Program-made: the position numbers and the translations under genes | Notes under the pieces: model-generated | What the model saw: the letters and a program-made list of their open reading frames with translations, nothing else | What the model was told of the DNA's origin: nothing | Databases searched by the model: none | In this document: piece after piece, positions 20,237 through 32,243 of the stretch | Layout of the letters: every line of letters starts with the position of its first letter | Numbering within the stretch: position 1 is the stretch's first letter | DNA from: Pseudomonadota bacterium | Lineage (GTDB): Bacteria > Pseudomonadota > Gammaproteobacteria > Steroidobacterales > MnTg04 | NCBI GenBank assembly: GCA_022560735.1 | Contig: JADFSO010000005.1 | Coordinates: forward strand, 47,822 to 111,821 | Length of the DNA: 64,000 nucleotides | Reading direction: 5' to 3'

Positions 20237-21574
20237 TCAGGCCCTGGACCCACTACCATAACCGCGCAGACTCGATTTCTTCATCAAGCCTTCGTACTGA
20301 TGAGACATCATGTGCGCCTGTAGCTGGCCCATGAAGTCCATCACCACCACAACGATAATCAGCAAAGAAGTCCCACCGAAGTAGAACGGCACCTGCCAGT
20401 ACATAATCATGAATTCCGGCAACAGGCACACCGTGGCAACATAAAACGCCCCCCACATCGTCAGTCGGGTCAGCACTTTGTCCAGGTACTCCGCCGTTTG
20501 GTGGCCCGGCCGCATGCCCGGAATAAAGGCACCGGATTTTTTCAGGTTATCGGCGGTGTCCCTGGAGTTAACCGTAAGGGCGGTATAAAAAAAGCAGAAA
20601 AAGACGATCAGCGAGCCATACAGCAGGATGTAAACCGGCTGACCGGGCGACAGGCTCGCAGCGATGGTCTGCAGCCAGCCGACATTATCGCTTTGACCGA
20701 ACCAGCTCGCGATCGTCGCCGGGAACAAAATGATGCTGCTCGCGAAAATCGGCGGGATCACACCCGACATGTTGAGCTTGAACGGCAGGTGCGAACTCTG
20801 GCCCTGCACCATCTTGCGGCCCTGCATGCGCCGCGCGTAATGCACCGGGATGCGACGCTGGCCACGCTCGACGAAGACCACGAAAGCGGTAACGCCCAGC
20901 ACCAGCACAAAGAGAATCAGCGCCAGCGCCGGCAGCATCTGGCCGGTGCGCACCAACTCGAAGGTACCACCGATCGCCGATGGCAGCCCGGAAATAATAC
21001 TGGCCAGGATGATCATCGAAATACCGTTGCCGATACCGCGCTCGGTGACCTGCTCGCCCAGCCACATCAGGAACATGGTCCCGGTGACCAGGCTGACCGC
21101 CGCCGTGAAAACAAAGGCGGTGCCGGGATTAACGACCACGGCCTGGCTTTGCAGGGCGGTAGCAGCGGCAATTGATTGAAAGCCCGCCAGCCCAACCGTG
21201 GCAAAGCGCGTGTACTGCGTAATCTTGCGGCGCCCGGCCTCGCCTTCCTTGCGCATCGCCTGCAACGTAGGGACGACGTGGCTCATCATTTGCATGATGA
21301 TGGACGCAGAAATATAGGGCATGATGCCCAGCGCGAAAATACTCATGCGCTCCAGCGCGCCGCCGGAAAACATGTTGAAAACGTCAAGCAAGGTGCCGCT
21401 TTGTTGATCGAACAACGCAGCCATCGCGACCGGATCTACGCCCGGCACCGGGATAAACGTACCCACGCGATAGACGATCAGTGCACCGACCAGGAATATC
21501 AGGCGCGTGCGCAACTCGGAGAAACGCGAGGCTTCACCAAGAGCAGCTGCTGGATTTCTGATTCCCTTTGCCAA
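20237..21574 (-). CDS. secY: Preprotein translocase SecY
   Basis: [16 protein letters not shown]; [10 protein letters not shown]; [10 protein letters not shown]; [10 protein letters not shown]. Confidence 0.99.
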   Translation of the reverse strand: MAKGIRNPAAALGEASRFSELRTRLIFLVGALIVYRVGTFIPVPGVDPVAMAALFDQQSGTLLDVFNMFSGGALERMSIFALGIMPYISASIIMQMMSHVVPTLQAMRKEGEAGRRKITQYTRFATVGLAGFQSIAAATALQSQAVVVNPGTAFVFTAAVSLVTGTMFLMWLGEQVTERGIGNGISMIILASIISGLPSAIGGTFELVRTGQMLPALALILFVLVLGVTAFVVFVERGQRRIPVHYARRMQGRKMVQGQSSHLPFKLNMSGVIPPIFASSIILFPATIASWFGQSDNVGWLQTIAASLSPGQPVYILLYGSLIVFFCFFYTALTVNSRDTADNLKKSGAFIPGMRPGHQTAEYLDKVLTRLTMWGAFYVATVCLLPEFMIMYWQVPFYFGGTSLLIIVVVVMDFMGQLQAHMMSHQYEGLMKKSSLRGYGSGSRA

Positions 21575-21599
21575 GATATTTTCTCGTCCGCTGTGCCTG

Positions 21600-22061
21600 T
21601 TACTCGATTTTTCCGCCGGCGGCCTCGATGGCTGCCCGGGCGCCCCTGGTCACCAGCAGCCCCTTGACGGTAACCGCTTTGTCGATTTTGCCCGAGGCAA
21701 TGACCTTGATCCGGTCCGCGCGCGCAGACACCAGTCCCGCTCTTTTCAATGCGAGATCATCGACCACGTTTTCGGCGGCCCCTTTTTCACCGGCCCCCTT
21801 TTCACAGGCGATGACCAGTTCATGCAACCTGACCTCGGCTGCAAAGCGGGCCTTGCGCGAGGCGAAGCCCACTTTGGGCAGACGCCGCTGCAAAGGCATC
21901 TGACCGCCTTCGAAGCCGACCTTGTGATAACCGCCGGAACGGGCGTGCTGGCCCTTGTGACCGCGGCCACAGGTCTTGCCCTGACCCGCGGAATGCCCGC
22001 GCCCCATGCGCTTGCCGGCTTTTTTACTGCCCTCGGCGGGCCTTAAATCGTTGAGTCTCAT
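21600..22061 (-). CDS. rplO: 50S ribosomal protein L15
   Basis: [19 protein letters not shown]; [15 protein letters not shown]. Confidence 0.98.
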   Translation of the reverse strand: MRLNDLRPAEGSKKAGKRMGRGHSAGQGKTCGRGHKGQHARSGGYHKVGFEGGQMPLQRRLPKVGFASRKARFAAEVRLHELVIACEKGAGEKGAAENVVDDLALKRAGLVSARADRIKVIASGKIDKAVTVKGLLVTRGARAAIEAAGGKIE

Positions 22062-22062
22062 C

Positions 22063-22251
22063 TTAGACTTCCTCGACCTTGAGCAGGTACAAAACCTTGT
22101 TAATCATCCCGCGGTTTTCCGGCGTATCCAGAACCGTCACGCTGTGGTTCATACGCCGCAGCCCCAGGCCACGCACACAGGCACGGTGCTTTGGCAAGCG
22201 CCCAAAACGACTCTTCACCAAGGTGATTTTCAACTGCTTCTTATCTGCCAT
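22063..22251 (-). CDS. rpmD: 50S ribosomal protein L30
   Basis: LKITLVKS...[12 protein letters not shown]; operon position. Confidence 0.97.
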   Translation of the reverse strand: MADKKQLKITLVKSRFGRLPKHRACVRGLGLRRMNHSVTVLDTPENRGMINKVLYLLKVEEV

Positions 22252-22255
22252 GGTT

Positions 22256-22759
22256 TTAACTCAGAATCTCTGCCACAGACTTGCCGCGTTTTGCGGCAAT
22301 GGTCTCCGGGGAATGCATCCCCATCAGACCATTGATGGTCGCGCGAACCACGTTGATCGGGTTCCGCGAACCGTAACTCTTGGCCAGCACGTTGCGCACG
22401 CCGGCACACTCGAGTACGGCGCGCATCGCGCCCCCGGCAATAACACCGGTACCTTCGGACGCCGGCTGCATGTAAACGCGGGTCGCGCCATGACGACCGT
22501 TGATGACGTATTGCAAAGTGTCGTCCTTCAACGCCACGTTCTGCAGGTTCTTGCGCGCGGCCTGCATGGCCTTTTGAATGGCGATCGGCACTTCACGCGC
22601 CTTGCCATAACCGAAGCCGACCCGGCCCTTGCCATCGCCGACCACGGTCAAAGCGGTGAACCCGAACTGACGGCCACCTTTGACGACCTTGGCGACGCGG
22701 TTGACGGTCACCAGCTTTTCAAGCAAATCGTCGCTTGGACCTCTATCAAACTTAGCCAT
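22256..22759 (-). CDS. rpsE: 30S ribosomal protein S5
   Basis: [18 protein letters not shown]; start set at MAKF. Confidence 0.98.
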   Translation of the reverse strand: MAKFDRGPSDDLLEKLVTVNRVAKVVKGGRQFGFTALTVVGDGKGRVGFGYGKAREVPIAIQKAMQAARKNLQNVALKDDTLQYVINGRHGATRVYMQPASEGTGVIAGGAMRAVLECAGVRNVLAKSYGSRNPINVVRATINGLMGMHSPETIAAKRGKSVAEILS

Positions 22760-22806
22760 ATGCAAAAACTCTTCCTGCTAGAACCCTGTCCGACCCCAAA
22801 ACGGGA

Positions 22807-23160
22807 TCAGAACTCCAGGCCGCCCTCGCGGGCGGCATCGGCCAGCGCCTTGACGCGGCCATGAAAACGAAATCCGGAACGATCGAAGGCGACGCGCTTG
22901 ACGCCCGCTTTTATTGCCTTCTCGGCAATTACCTTGCCGACCACCGTTGCCGCTTCGACATTGCCGGTCTTGCTGACCGAAGCCTGCACATCCTTCTGCA
23001 GGGTCGAAGCCGCGGCAACAACCTTGCCACCGGTCTGATCGATAATCTGGGCATACATGTGCCGCGGCGTGCGATGCACGGTCAGGCGGAACTCACGCAA
23101 TTGCATAATTTTGGCGCGGGTCTTTCGTGCCCGGCGCAAACGCGTTTTCTTGCTATCCAT
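22807..23160 (-). CDS. rplR: 50S ribosomal protein L18
   Basis: [14 protein letters not shown]; [16 protein letters not shown]. Confidence 0.98.
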   Translation of the reverse strand: MDSKKTRLRRARKTRAKIMQLREFRLTVHRTPRHMYAQIIDQTGGKVVAAASTLQKDVQASVSKTGNVEAATVVGKVIAEKAIKAGVKRVAFDRSGFRFHGRVKALADAAREGGLEF

Positions 23161-23167
23161 TACTCAC

Positions 23168-23701
23168 CTACTTTTTCTTCGCTTCCTTGATCCGGACCCG
23201 CTCATCGGCATAGCGCACACCCTTACCCTTGTAGGGCTCCGGCGGACGATAAGCGCGTATCTCGGCGGCGACCTGGCCGACTTTCTGCTTGTCGACTCCC
23301 CTGACCACGACTTCCGTCTGGCTCGGGGTTTCAACAGTGACGCCTTCCGGTACCTGGTAATTGACCGGGTGCGAAAAGCCCAGTGTCAGTTTCAGCATAT
23401 TGTCCTGCACCACCGCACGGTAACCGACGCCGCGCAACTCCAGCTTGCGCTCGTAACCGGCGGTCACGCCCTCGATCATGTTGGCCAGCAAGGCGCGGGT
23501 CGTTCCGGCGATCGCAATCACCGACTGCTCTGTACGACGAACCTTGACGGTCAGCGCACCATCCTCCTGCTCCACCTGGATATCCGCATGCAGGTCGAGG
23601 GTCAGCTTTCCCTTGCTGCCCTTAATGCTCACCTGGCCAGCGCTCAGGTTCACTTCCACGCCACTCGGCAACTCAACTGGTTTTTTGGCGACTCTAGACA
23701 T
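23168..23701 (-). CDS. rplF: 50S ribosomal protein L6
   Basis: MSRVAKKPV; RPPEPYKGKGVRY. Confidence 0.98.
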   Translation of the reverse strand: MSRVAKKPVELPSGVEVNLSAGQVSIKGSKGKLTLDLHADIQVEQEDGALTVKVRRTEQSVIAIAGTTRALLANMIEGVTAGYERKLELRGVGYRAVVQDNMLKLTLGFSHPVNYQVPEGVTVETPSQTEVVVRGVDKQKVGQVAAEIRAYRPPEPYKGKGVRYADERVRIKEAKKK

Positions 23702-23736
23702 CGTCAAACTCGCTATACGTTATTCAATCAGGCGTC

Positions 23737-24132
23737 TTAAGACACCAAACACAAAATCTCACCGCCATGGCCCTGCTTGCGAGCTTCGCGGTCACTCATT
23801 ACACCACGGGACGTAGACACGATCGCCACCCCGAGGCCACCCAAAACTCTTGGCAGATCATCCTTGCCGTCGTAACTGCGCAGACCCGGCCGGCTTGCGC
23901 GCTTTAGCGACTCGATCACGGGTTTGCCTTCAAAATATTTCAAATCCACATGCAGCGTGCTGTGGCTGCCGTTGACCTCGGTCTGGAATTCGATGATATA
24001 GCCTTCATCCTTGAGAACCTTGGCAATCGCCTGTTTGATTTTCGAACCAGGCATGCTGACGCGAACCATACCGGCCTTTTGGCCATTACGGATGCGGGTC
24101 AACATATCGGCAATTGGATCGCTCATACTCAT
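23737..24132 (-). CDS. rpsH: 30S ribosomal protein S8
   Basis: [13 protein letters not shown]; SRPGLR; GGEILC. Confidence 0.98.
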   Translation of the reverse strand: MSMSDPIADMLTRIRNGQKAGMVRVSMPGSKIKQAIAKVLKDEGYIIEFQTEVNGSHSTLHVDLKYFEGKPVIESLKRASRPGLRSYDGKDDLPRVLGGLGVAIVSTSRGVMSDREARKQGHGGEILCLVS

Positions 24133-24159
24133 TTTCGTAATCCTGTTTAAATTTTCCGC

Positions 24160-24465
24160 TTACCAGCTGGCCTTGCGCAGGCCCGGTATCTCGCCATTCA
24201 TCGTGGCCTCGCGAAGTTTGTTCCGCCCTAGACCGAACTTGCGATAAAAACCCTTGGGACGACCGGTAATCGCGCAACGATTGCGCATCCGCGTCGGGCT
24301 GGAATTGCGCGGCAAAGCCTGTATTTTCCTCATCGCCGCCATCCGCTCTTCGAGGCTGTTGTTGACGTTGCCGATAATCTCCTTGAGCAGCGCGCGTTTC
24401 GCCGCGTAGCGCCGCACACACTTTGCGCGCTTGACATCTCTTGCAATCATGGATTTTTTAGCCAT
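24160..24465 (-). CDS. rpsN: 30S ribosomal protein S14 (long, zinc-independent type)
   Basis: 101 aa; MAKKSM; [10 protein letters not shown]; [11 protein letters not shown]. Confidence 0.98.
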   Translation of the reverse strand: MAKKSMIARDVKRAKCVRRYAAKRALLKEIIGNVNNSLEERMAAMRKIQALPRNSSPTRMRNRCAITGRPKGFYRKFGLGRNKLREATMNGEIPGLRKASW

Positions 24466-24479
24466 TCAAATCGTCCTTT

Positions 24480-25019
24480 TTATTTCTTGAACGGAAAGTC
24501 GAACGCTTCCAGCAGCGCCCTTCCCTGTTCGTCATTCTTTGCCGTCGTGGTAATCGTGATGTCCATGCCGCGAATCGAATCGATGTGGTCGTATTCGATT
24601 TCCGGAAATATGATCTGCTCCTGCACGCCCATGCTGAAGTTACCGCGGCCATCGAACGACTTCGCGCTGAGGCCACGGAAATCGCGAATACGCGGGATCG
24701 CAATATTCACCAGGCGGTCCAGGAACTCGTACATGCGCTCGCGCCGCAACGTGACTTTCGCGCCGATCGGGTAGCCATCACGAATCTTGAAACTGGCAAC
24801 CGACTTGCGGGCACGCGTAACCAGCGCCTTCTGACCGGACAAAAGGGCCAGGTCCGCAGTCGCCTTTTCCATCACCTTGCGATCGGCGACGGCCTCCCCC
24901 ACACCCATGTTGACGGTTATTTTGCTGATCTTCGGAACCTCCATCGGGTTTTTCAGGTTCAGCTTTTCCATCAGCGCCGGGGCAACTGTTTTTTTGTAAT
25001 GTTCCTGTAATCTGGACAT
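24480..25019 (-). CDS. rplE: 50S ribosomal protein L5
   Basis: [11 protein letters not shown]; RIRDFRG; IIFPEI. Start set at MSRLQ. Confidence 0.98.
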   Translation of the reverse strand: MSRLQEHYKKTVAPALMEKLNLKNPMEVPKISKITVNMGVGEAVADRKVMEKATADLALLSGQKALVTRARKSVASFKIRDGYPIGAKVTLRRERMYEFLDRLVNIAIPRIRDFRGLSAKSFDGRGNFSMGVQEQIIFPEIEYDHIDSIRGMDITITTTAKNDEQGRALLEAFDFPFKK

Positions 25020-25032
25020 CGTCATTACTCTC

Positions 25033-25350
25033 TTAAACGTCCACAACTTCGTTGTTTGACTTGAAGAACCGCACCTTGCGGCCGTCTTCCAAAAAGCGGA
25101 TACCGATGCGGTCGCCTTTCTTGGTTTGCGGGTTGTAAAGCATCAGGTTGCTTTGTGCTATCGGCATTTCCTTGTCGATAATGCCGCCCTGAACGCCAGC
25201 CTGCGGATTGGGCTTCTGGTGCTTCTTCACCATGTTGATGCCTTCGACCAGCACCCGCTCGTCATCATAGACACGCAACACGGTACCCCGGCGGCCCTTG
25301 TCCTTGCCGGTGATTACGATGATGTCATCGCCTGTTCTGATCTTTCTCAT
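25033..25350 (-). CDS. rplX: 50S ribosomal protein L24
   Basis: [13 protein letters not shown] (KOW motif). Confidence 0.98.
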   Translation of the reverse strand: MRKIRTGDDIIVITGKDKGRRGTVLRVYDDERVLVEGINMVKKHQKPNPQAGVQGGIIDKEMPIAQSNLMLYNPQTKKGDRIGIRFLEDGRKVRFFKSNNEVVDV

Positions 25351-25371
25351 AACTCTTTGCTCCGCACCCGC

Positions 25372-25740
25372 TCAAAGCACTTCAGGTGCCAGCGAAATAA
25401 TTTTCATAAACCGGCTGGTGCGCAATTCCCGGGTCACCGGGCCAAAAATACGCGTGCCGATCGGTTCCATGCGTGCATTCAGCAGCACCGCCGCGTTGCT
25501 ATCGAAACGGATCACCGACCCGTCGGGACGCCGCACGCCCTTGCGGGTACGCACGACAACCGCGTTATAGATCTCGCCCTTTTTGACCTTGCCGCGCGGT
25601 ATAGCGTCCTTGACGCTGACCTTGATAATGTCACCCACGCCGGCATAGCGGCGCTTCGATCCGCCGAGCACCTTGATGCACTGCACGCGGCGAGCGCCAC
25701 TGTTGTCTGCCGCACTGAGTACTGTCTGCATCTGTATCAT
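25372..25740 (-). CDS. rplN: 50S ribosomal protein L14
   Basis: [16 protein letters not shown]; [10 protein letters not shown]. Confidence 0.99.
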   Translation of the reverse strand: MIQMQTVLSAADNSGARRVQCIKVLGGSKRRYAGVGDIIKVSVKDAIPRGKVKKGEIYNAVVVRTRKGVRRPDGSVIRFDSNAAVLLNARMEPIGTRIFGPVTRELRTSRFMKIISLAPEVL

Positions 25741-25782
25741 CGCTACGCTTCCAGTTTGCTCTTTAAAATCCGGGTTCCCCGC

Positions 25783-26064
25783 TCAACGGCTGGGGGCCCG
25801 CTCCACAATGCTTTCCAGTCTCCAGCTCTTGTTCTTCGACAAGGGCCGGCATTCGGAAATAATCACTACGTCACCGGCATTGCAATCATTGTTTTCATCG
25901 TGCGCCATCAGCTTTGATGTGCGCCGGATGTACTTGCCATACATTGGGTGCTTGACCAGCCGCTCCACCGAAACGGTAATCGACTTGTTCATCGCACCGC
26001 TGACGACCTTGCCGGTTAGCTTGCGCTGAACCTTTTCCCTGTTTTCCGTACTTTTCTCACTCAT
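25783..26064 (-). CDS. rpsQ: 30S ribosomal protein S17
   Basis: [14 protein letters not shown]; HPMYGK; ECRPLSK. Confidence 0.98.
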   Translation of the reverse strand: MSEKSTENREKVQRKLTGKVVSGAMNKSITVSVERLVKHPMYGKYIRRTSKLMAHDENNDCNAGDVVIISECRPLSKNKSWRLESIVERAPSR

Positions 26065-26279
26065 CACGAATCATCCTTTGACGGGTTCGATACTCGACGC
26101 TGCTCGCCCATTACGGTTTTCAGCCGCGCGATATCCTTACGAACCTTGCGGAACTGATCAGGCTTCGCCAGTTGCCCGGACGCACGCTGCATGCGCAGAT
26201 TGAACTGCTCGCGCCGCAGCTTGATCAGTTCTTCCTGTAACCCGGCAGCACTCTTGCTGCGAAATTCGGCTGCCTTCAT
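26064..26279 (-). CDS. rpmC: 50S ribosomal protein L29
   Basis: [15 protein letters not shown]; [10 protein letters not shown]. Confidence 0.97.
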   Translation of the reverse strand: MKAAEFRSKSAAGLQEELIKLRREQFNLRMQRASGQLAKPDQFRKVRKDIARLKTVMGEQRRVSNPSKDDS

Positions 26280-26693
26280 TTACATCACCTGCCTAGTGAC
26301 GAAAGTCGTGGCAATCGGCAGCTTGGCCGCCGCCAGGCGAAACGCCTCGCGCGCAACGTCTTCCGCCACACCTTCCATTTCGTACAAAACGCGACCCGGC
26401 TGAATCTGGGCTACCCAGTATTCAACGTTACCCTTGCCCTTGCCCTGGCGAACCTCCAGCGGTTTCTTGGTGATCGGCTTGTCCGGGAAAACCCGGATCC
26501 AGATCTTGCCGCCGCGCTTCACGTAACGGGTCATCGCCCGCCGCGCCGCCTCGATCTGCCGCGCGGTCAACCTGCCTCGCCCAATGGCCTTCAGACCAAA
26601 CACACCAAAAGCGACCGTGTTGCCGCGCTGGGCCAGACCCCGGTTCTTGCCTTTCATCTGTTTGCGGAATTTGGTCCGCTTCGGCTGTAACAT
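26280..26693 (-). CDS. rplP: 50S ribosomal protein L16
   Basis: [11 protein letters not shown]; [10 protein letters not shown]. Confidence 0.99.
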   Translation of the reverse strand: MLQPKRTKFRKQMKGKNRGLAQRGNTVAFGVFGLKAIGRGRLTARQIEAARRAMTRYVKRGGKIWIRVFPDKPITKKPLEVRQGKGKGNVEYWVAQIQPGRVLYEMEGVAEDVAREAFRLAAAKLPIATTFVTRQVM

Positions 26694-26724
26694 TTCTCAG
26701 CTGCTCCTCAAACCAGCGCCGCCA

Positions 26725-27405
26725 TCAAGCGGCGTTGTCGGCGGCTTCTTTACCGGTTTCAGTGGTATCGAAAATTTCGCCTTTAAAAATCCAGACCTTT
26801 ACGCCGATGATTCCATAGGTCGTCTTGGCTTCGGCCAGGCCATAATCGATATCGGCACGCAGGGTATGCAGCGGCACCCGGCCTTCGCGATACCACTCGC
26901 TGCGAGCAATCTCCGCGCCATTGAGGCGGCCGGCTACCTTCACCTTGATACCCTGGGCGCCCAGGCGCATCGTATTGGTCACCGCGCGCTTCATCGCGCG
27001 GCGGAACATCACGCGGCGCACGAGCTGCTGCGCGATGCCTTCGGCGACCAGCTTCGCATCCAGCTCGGGCTTGCGAATTTCGGCAATCCTGATTTTTACA
27101 TCCTGAATCTTCAGATCGAGCAAGCTGGCGATATCGTTGCGCAGCTTCTCGATGTCCTCGCCTTTCTTGCCAATCACGATGCCGGGACGGGCCGTGTGAA
27201 TGGTGATGTGCGTTACCTTGTTAGCCGGACGTTCGATCTGGATACGGCTGACCGACGCTTCCGCCAGGCGTTTGTTCAGAAACTCCCTGACCTTGTGATC
27301 TGCGGCGACATTCCCGGCGAAATGCGCGCTGTCGGCATACCAGGTGGACATCCAGTCCTTGGTAATGCCAAGTCGAATTCCGATCGGATGTACTTTTTGT
27401 CCCAT
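26725..27405 (-). CDS. rpsC: 30S ribosomal protein S3
   Basis: [13 protein letters not shown]; [14 protein letters not shown]. Confidence 0.99.
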   Translation of the reverse strand: MGQKVHPIGIRLGITKDWMSTWYADSAHFAGNVAADHKVREFLNKRLAEASVSRIQIERPANKVTHITIHTARPGIVIGKKGEDIEKLRNDIASLLDLKIQDVKIRIAEIRKPELDAKLVAEGIAQQLVRRVMFRRAMKRAVTNTMRLGAQGIKVKVAGRLNGAEIARSEWYREGRVPLHTLRADIDYGLAEAKTTYGIIGVKVWIFKGEIFDTTETGKEAADNAA

Positions 27406-27419
27406 TACGGCTTCTCTCT

Positions 27420-27752
27420 TTACTCGTCCGCAACCTGGACGGTGATGTGACTGTTGCGTTTGATAATTCTCGCGCCACGCCCCTTTGCCCGCGCCCGAAA
27501 ACGCTTGAGGGTCGGCGCCTCGTCTACCATCACGCCCGAAATCCGCAATTCATCGATGTCCGCGCCGTGATTGTGCTCGGCATTGGCGATTGCCGACTCC
27601 AACACCTTTTTGAGGATCCGCGCCGCTTTCTTCGGCATAAAAGCCAGGGTCTGCAGCGCGGTCGCAACCGGTTGGCCGCGCACAGCATCGGCTACCAGGC
27701 GGCATTTCTGCGGGGAAATCCGCGCATGCCGTAATTTTGCTGCTACCTGCAT
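27420..27752 (-). CDS. rplV: 50S ribosomal protein L22
   Basis: [12 protein letters not shown]; RAKGRG; SHITV. Confidence 0.98.
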   Translation of the reverse strand: MQVAAKLRHARISPQKCRLVADAVRGQPVATALQTLAFMPKKAARILKKVLESAIANAEHNHGADIDELRISGVMVDEAPTLKRFRARAKGRGARIIKRNSHITVQVADE

Positions 27753-27768
27753 TATCCCGACTCCTCGA

Positions 27769-28038
27769 TTAAGTCTTCTTGTCGCCCGAGTGACCCCTGA
27801 AAGTCCGGGTCATCGCGAATTCGCCAAGCTTGTGGCCGACCATATTTTCGGAAATCAGGACCGGCACGTGCTGGCGGCCGTTATGCACGGCGATCGTCAG
27901 GCCCACCATGTCAGGCAACACCATGGAGCGACGCGACCAGGTCTTGATCGGCCGGCGGCTGTTGCTGGCTACTGCTGCCTCGACCTTCCTGGCGAGGTGC
28001 GCATCCACAAAAGGACCTTTTTTAACTGAGCGTGGCAC
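27769..28038 (-). CDS. rpsS: 30S ribosomal protein S19
   Basis: [12 protein letters not shown]; GHKLGEFA. Confidence 0.99.
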   Translation of the reverse strand: MPRSVKKGPFVDAHLARKVEAAVASNSRRPIKTWSRRSMVLPDMVGLTIAVHNGRQHVPVLISENMVGHKLGEFAMTRTFRGHSGDKKT

Positions 28039-28064
28039 AGTGACTTCCTCTGATTAAACTCTGC

Positions 28065-28892
28065 TTATTTTTTCTTGCGGCGGCGGACGATCATGCTGTC
28101 CGTACGCTTGTTACTACGGGTCTTGTAACCCTTGGTCGGCACACCCCATGGCGAGACCGGGTGGCGACCACCGGAGGTACGGCCTTCGCCGCCGCCATGT
28201 GGATGATCGACCGGGTTCATCGCCACGCCGCGGACGGTCGGGCGTACCCCGCGCCAGCGGCTGGCTCCCGCCTTGCCCAGCTTGCGCAGGTTGTGTTCGT
28301 GATGGCCGACTTCGCCGATCGTCGCGCGGCAGCTGGCCAGCACCTTGCGCATTTCTCCGGAGCGCAGGCGCAGTGTTGCGTAGGTGCCTTCACGGGCGAC
28401 CAGCTGTGCCGATGAGCCGGCGCTGCGGGCAAGCTGGGCGCCTTTGCCCAGTTTGAGCTCCACACAATGCACCAGCGAGCCGACCGGTATGTAGCGTAAC
28501 GGCAGGGCGTTGCCCGTCTTGATCGGCGCCTCCCGGCCAGCCATGATCGAATCGCCTTGTTGCATGCCTTTCGCCGCAATGATGTAGCGCCGCTCGCCAT
28601 CGGCATACAGCACCAGCGCGATGTGCGCACTGCGGTTCGGATCGTATTCGATCCTCTCAACCTTGCCCGGCACGCCATCCTTGTCGCGCTTGAAATCGAT
28701 AATGCGATAGCGCTGTTTATGGCCGCCACCTTGATGGCGAACCGTAATCCGCCCCTGGTTGTTGCGACCGCCCGTCTTGCTCTTGGGCGCCAGCAACGGG
28801 CCGTGAGGCTCGCCCTTATGCAGCCCGGTGTTCTTTACACGAACAACGAAGCGACGTCCGGCTGAGGTTGGTTTTGCTTTTTGCAATGCCAT
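28065..28892 (-). CDS. rplB: 50S ribosomal protein L2
   Basis: GRNNQGRIT; [15 protein letters not shown]. Confidence 0.99.
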   Translation of the reverse strand: MALQKAKPTSAGRRFVVRVKNTGLHKGEPHGPLLAPKSKTGGRNNQGRITVRHQGGGHKQRYRIIDFKRDKDGVPGKVERIEYDPNRSAHIALVLYADGERRYIIAAKGMQQGDSIMAGREAPIKTGNALPLRYIPVGSLVHCVELKLGKGAQLARSAGSSAQLVAREGTYATLRLRSGEMRKVLASCRATIGEVGHHEHNLRKLGKAGASRWRGVRPTVRGVAMNPVDHPHGGGEGRTSGGRHPVSPWGVPTKGYKTRSNKRTDSMIVRRRKKK

Positions 28893-28934
28893 GGCTTTAG
28901 CTCTGTATCGTTAACCTTTTACCTGAACCCGTCT

Positions 28935-29231
28935 TTATTCCGGATTCAGAAAATCAATATCGTGGCCTTCGGCCAGCTTTACGTAGGCCTTCTTCCAGTC
29001 CGACCGGCGTCCCGGGGTCTGGCCAAACCGCTTGGCCTTGCCCTTGACGTTTACTACGGTGACGTTTTCAACTTCGACTTCGAACAGCAGTTCGACCGCC
29101 TTGCGTATTTCCGCCTTGTTGGCGTCGCGACGCACCCGAAACGCGACCTGGTTGTGCTTTTCCGCCATCCGGGTGGTCTTTTCGGAAACATGCGGCCCGA
29201 GCAGGATGGTCATCAGTCTTTCCTGGCTCAT
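28935..29231 (-). CDS. rplW: 50S ribosomal protein L23
   Basis: PHVSEKT; WKKAYVKL. Confidence 0.98.
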   Translation of the reverse strand: MSQERLMTILLGPHVSEKTTRMAEKHNQVAFRVRRDANKAEIRKAVELLFEVEVENVTVVNVKGKAKRFGQTPGRRSDWKKAYVKLAEGHDIDFLNPE

Positions 29232-29845
29232 CGCAGACGCTCCTCGATCATTTTGATCGCCGGCACGGTGATCAGGACCTTTTCGAAACGCACCAGGCTG
29301 ACCGGATCCAGCGCGGTCGCATCCAGCACATCGACGTCGTGCAGGTTGCGCGCGGCCAGGAACACCTTTTCATCGAAAGCTTCGATGACGATCAGGGCAC
29401 TGTCCAGACCAAACTCCTTCAGCTTTTGCACGAGCAGCTTCGTTTTCGGCGCTGCCAGCTCCAGCGTGTCGATAACGACCAGCCGATCCTGGCGGACCAG
29501 CTCGGACAGCATCGAACGAATCGCGCTGCGATACATCTTGCGGTTGACCTTCTGGCTATGGTCACGCGTCTGCGCGGCAAATGTCCGGCCACCACCGACC
29601 CAGATCGGGCTGCGAATGGTGCCGGCGCGGGCCCGGCCCGTGCCTTTCTGACGCCAGGGCTTGGCGCCGCCCCCGCGTGCGGAAGAGCGGTTTTTCTGTC
29701 CCTTGGTGCCGCTGCGCGCACCCGCCATGTAGGCCGTGACTACCTGGTGGATCAGCGCTTCGTTAAATTTGCTGCCAAAAGCCGTTGCGGAAACCTGGAT
29801 ATCGGAACCGCCTGCAGCCTTGTGCAATTTCAGTTTCATAGCCAT
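29228..29845 (-). CDS. rplD: 50S ribosomal protein L4
   Basis: [14 protein letters not shown]; PIWVGGG. Confidence 0.98.
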   Translation of the reverse strand: MAMKLKLHKAAGGSDIQVSATAFGSKFNEALIHQVVTAYMAGARSGTKGQKNRSSARGGGAKPWRQKGTGRARAGTIRSPIWVGGGRTFAAQTRDHSQKVNRKMYRSAIRSMLSELVRQDRLVVIDTLELAAPKTKLLVQKLKEFGLDSALIVIEAFDEKVFLAARNLHDVDVLDATALDPVSLVRFEKVLITVPAIKMIEERLR

Positions 29846-29848
29846 GCC

Positions 29849-30493
29849 CTACTGCCCGCCTTTGACCGCCGGACGAATAATCACATCGCCGCCGGCATTA
29901 CCCGGGACGGCTCCCTTGACCAGCAGCAGGTTGCGTTCCAGATCCACGCGTACCACTTCCAGGTTCTGCGAGGTGCGGCGCACATTGCCCATGTGCCCGG
30001 CCATTTTCTTGCCCTTGAATACCCGGCCCGGGGTCTGGTTCTGACCGATGGAACCCGGCGCCCGATGGGCCAGCGAGTTGCCGTGGGTCGCGTCCTGCAT
30101 CTGGAAATGATGCCGCTTGATAACGCCGGCGTATCCTTTACCGATGGAGGTACCCTCGACATCGACTTTCTGGCCATTTTTGAAAAAATCGACCTTGATT
30201 TCGGAACCGGCGCCAAGATCGGCTCCCTCGTCATCTTGCAGGCGGAACTCCCACAGACCGCGGCCGAGCTCCTGCCCGGCCTTGGCGAAGTGCCCGGCGA
30301 CGGCTTTGCTGACATGCGAGAGCTTGCAGGTGCCGGTGGTGACCTGGAGCGCGCGATAGCCATCGTTCGCCACGGTCTTTACCTGGGTGACCCGATTCGG
30401 CAACGCCTCAATGACGGTGACCGGAATCGATTCTCCGGCGTCCGTAAACACGCGAGTCATGCCGCATTTGCGGCCAACCAGACCAAGTGCCAT
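29849..30493 (-). CDS. rplC: 50S ribosomal protein L3
   Basis: [10 protein letters not shown]; [24 protein letters not shown]. Confidence 0.99.
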   Translation of the reverse strand: MALGLVGRKCGMTRVFTDAGESIPVTVIEALPNRVTQVKTVANDGYRALQVTTGTCKLSHVSKAVAGHFAKAGQELGRGLWEFRLQDDEGADLGAGSEIKVDFFKNGQKVDVEGTSIGKGYAGVIKRHHFQMQDATHGNSLAHRAPGSIGQNQTPGRVFKGKKMAGHMGNVRRTSQNLEVVRVDLERNLLLVKGAVPGNAGGDVIIRPAVKGGQ

Positions 30494-30512
30494 TGTCCTG
30501 TTCCTCTACACC

Positions 30513-30669
30513 GTACCGACTTCGATTGGCCGGTACTGACTACAAAAAAAAGCGCCCGCTCCAGGCGGAAAAACTCCACCAGGCGGTCGTCAAATAGCTG
30601 GCCCGGCGCAGATGTACCGCGCCGGGCCAAAAGAGCCAGATATTATAGCAGGAAAACCTGCTAGTTCAA
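30513..30669 (-). promoter_or_regulatory. Internal promoter plus structured leader/attenuator upstream of rplC
   Basis: TTGAAC-N16-TATAAT with TGn; an 11-bp hairpin (30599-30629); overlapping alternative hairpins; a U8 tract (30544-30551). Confidence 0.6.
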
Positions 30670-30975
30670 TTTAATCTGGACGTCCACACCCGCCGGCAAT
30701 TCAAGCTTCATCAGGGCGTCCACGGTCTTGTCGGTCGGGTTTACGATATCCATCAACCGCTTGTGGGTACGCAGCTCGTACTGGTCCCTGGCGTCCTTGT
30801 TGACATGCGGTGAAATCAGCACCGTAAAGCGCTCCATCTTGGTCGGCAAAGGCACCGGGCCTTTCACCTGGGCGCCAGTGCGCTTCGCCGTTTCCACGAT
30901 TTCCCTGGCCGATGTATCGATCAACCTGTGGTCGAACGATTTCAGCCGAATCCGGATATTCTGATTACTTGCCAT
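30661..30975 (-). CDS. rpsJ: 30S ribosomal protein S10
   Basis: [10 protein letters not shown]; GPVPLPT; RTHKRLMDI. Confidence 0.99.
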   Translation of the reverse strand: MASNQNIRIRLKSFDHRLIDTSAREIVETAKRTGAQVKGPVPLPTKMERFTVLISPHVNKDARDQYELRTHKRLMDIVNPTDKTVDALMKLELPAGVDVQIKLN

Positions 30976-30996
30976 ATCTGTCTCTCGTTTGTCTGT

Positions 30997-32187
30997 TTAG
31001 TCGATGATCTTGGCGACGACGCCGGCGCCGACGGTCCGGCCACCCTCGCGGATGGCAAAGCGCAGGCCTTCTTCCATGGCGATCGGTGCAATCAACTCAA
31101 CCGTGACCTGCACATTGTCGCCCGGCATCACCATCTCGGTGCCATCGGGCAGGTATACCGCGCCGGTGACATCGGTCGTCCGAAAATAAAACTGCGGCCG
31201 GTAGCCTTTGAAAAACGGCGTGTGACGACCGCCTTCTTCCTTGGTCAGCACATACACCTCGGCTTCGAACTTGGTGTGCGGCTTGATCGATCCCGGCTTC
31301 GCCAGCACCTGGCCGCGCTCCACGTCCTCACGCTTGGTGCCGCGCAGCAAAACCCCCACGTTGTCGCCAGCCATGCCCTCATCGAGCAGCTTGCGAAACA
31401 TCTCGACACCGGTACAGGTGGTCTTGGTGGTCTCGTTGATCCCGACGATCTCCACCTCGTCGCCCACATGCACCACACCCCGGTCAATCCGGCCGGTCAC
31501 CACCGTGCCGCGACCGGAAATCGAGAACACGTCCTCGACCGGCATCAGGAAATCACCATCGATCGCACGCTCGGGCAACGGAATATAGCGGTCCATCTCC
31601 TCGACCAGCTTCAATACGCTGGGGATTCCGATGTCGCTGTCGTCGCCTTCCAGCGCCTTCAGCGCCGAACCCACCACGATCGGCGTGTCATCGCCCGGGA
31701 ACTCGTAAATCGACAGCAGCTCACGGATCTCCATCTCCACCAGCTCGATCAGCTCGGCGTCATCCACCATGTCTGCCTTGTTCATATACACCAGGATGTA
31801 TGGCACACCCACCTGGCGGGCCAACAGGATATGCTCGCGGGTCTGCGGCATCGGGCCATCGGCCGCCGAAACCACCAATATCGCGCCATCCATCTGCGCC
31901 GCACCGGTGATCATGTTCTTGACGTAATCGGCATGCCCCGGGCAATCGACGTGGGCGTAATGGCGATTCTCGCTCTGATACTCCACGTGCGCCGTCGCGA
32001 TCGTGATCCCCCGCGCCTTCTCTTCCGGGGCATTGTCGATCTGGTCATACGCACGATATTCGCCGCCATGCCTCTCAGCCATCAGCTTCGTCAATGCCGC
32101 CGTCAGCGTCGTCTTGCCATGATCCACATGGCCAATCGTGCCTACGTTGATATGCGGCTTCGTACGTTGGAATTTTTCCTTGGACAC
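30997..32187 (-). CDS. tuf: Elongation factor Tu (str-operon copy)
   Basis: [18 protein letters not shown]; GTG start. Confidence 0.99.
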   Translation of the reverse strand: MSKEKFQRTKPHINVGTIGHVDHGKTTLTAALTKLMAERHGGEYRAYDQIDNAPEEKARGITIATAHVEYQSENRHYAHVDCPGHADYVKNMITGAAQMDGAILVVSAADGPMPQTREHILLARQVGVPYILVYMNKADMVDDAELIELVEMEIRELLSIYEFPGDDTPIVVGSALKALEGDDSDIGIPSVLKLVEEMDRYIPLPERAIDGDFLMPVEDVFSISGRGTVVTGRIDRGVVHVGDEVEIVGINETTKTTCTGVEMFRKLLDEGMAGDNVGVLLRGTKREDVERGQVLAKPGSIKPHTKFEAEVYVLTKEEGGRHTPFFKGYRPQFYFRTTDVTGAVYLPDGTEMVMPGDNVQVTVELIAPIAMEEGLRFAIREGGRTVGAGVVAKIID

Positions 32188-32243
32188 GATGCACCTCTGC
32201 TTTGTCTGGTGTGTCTGAGTTTTGCTCTTTAAAACCGTCTTGC

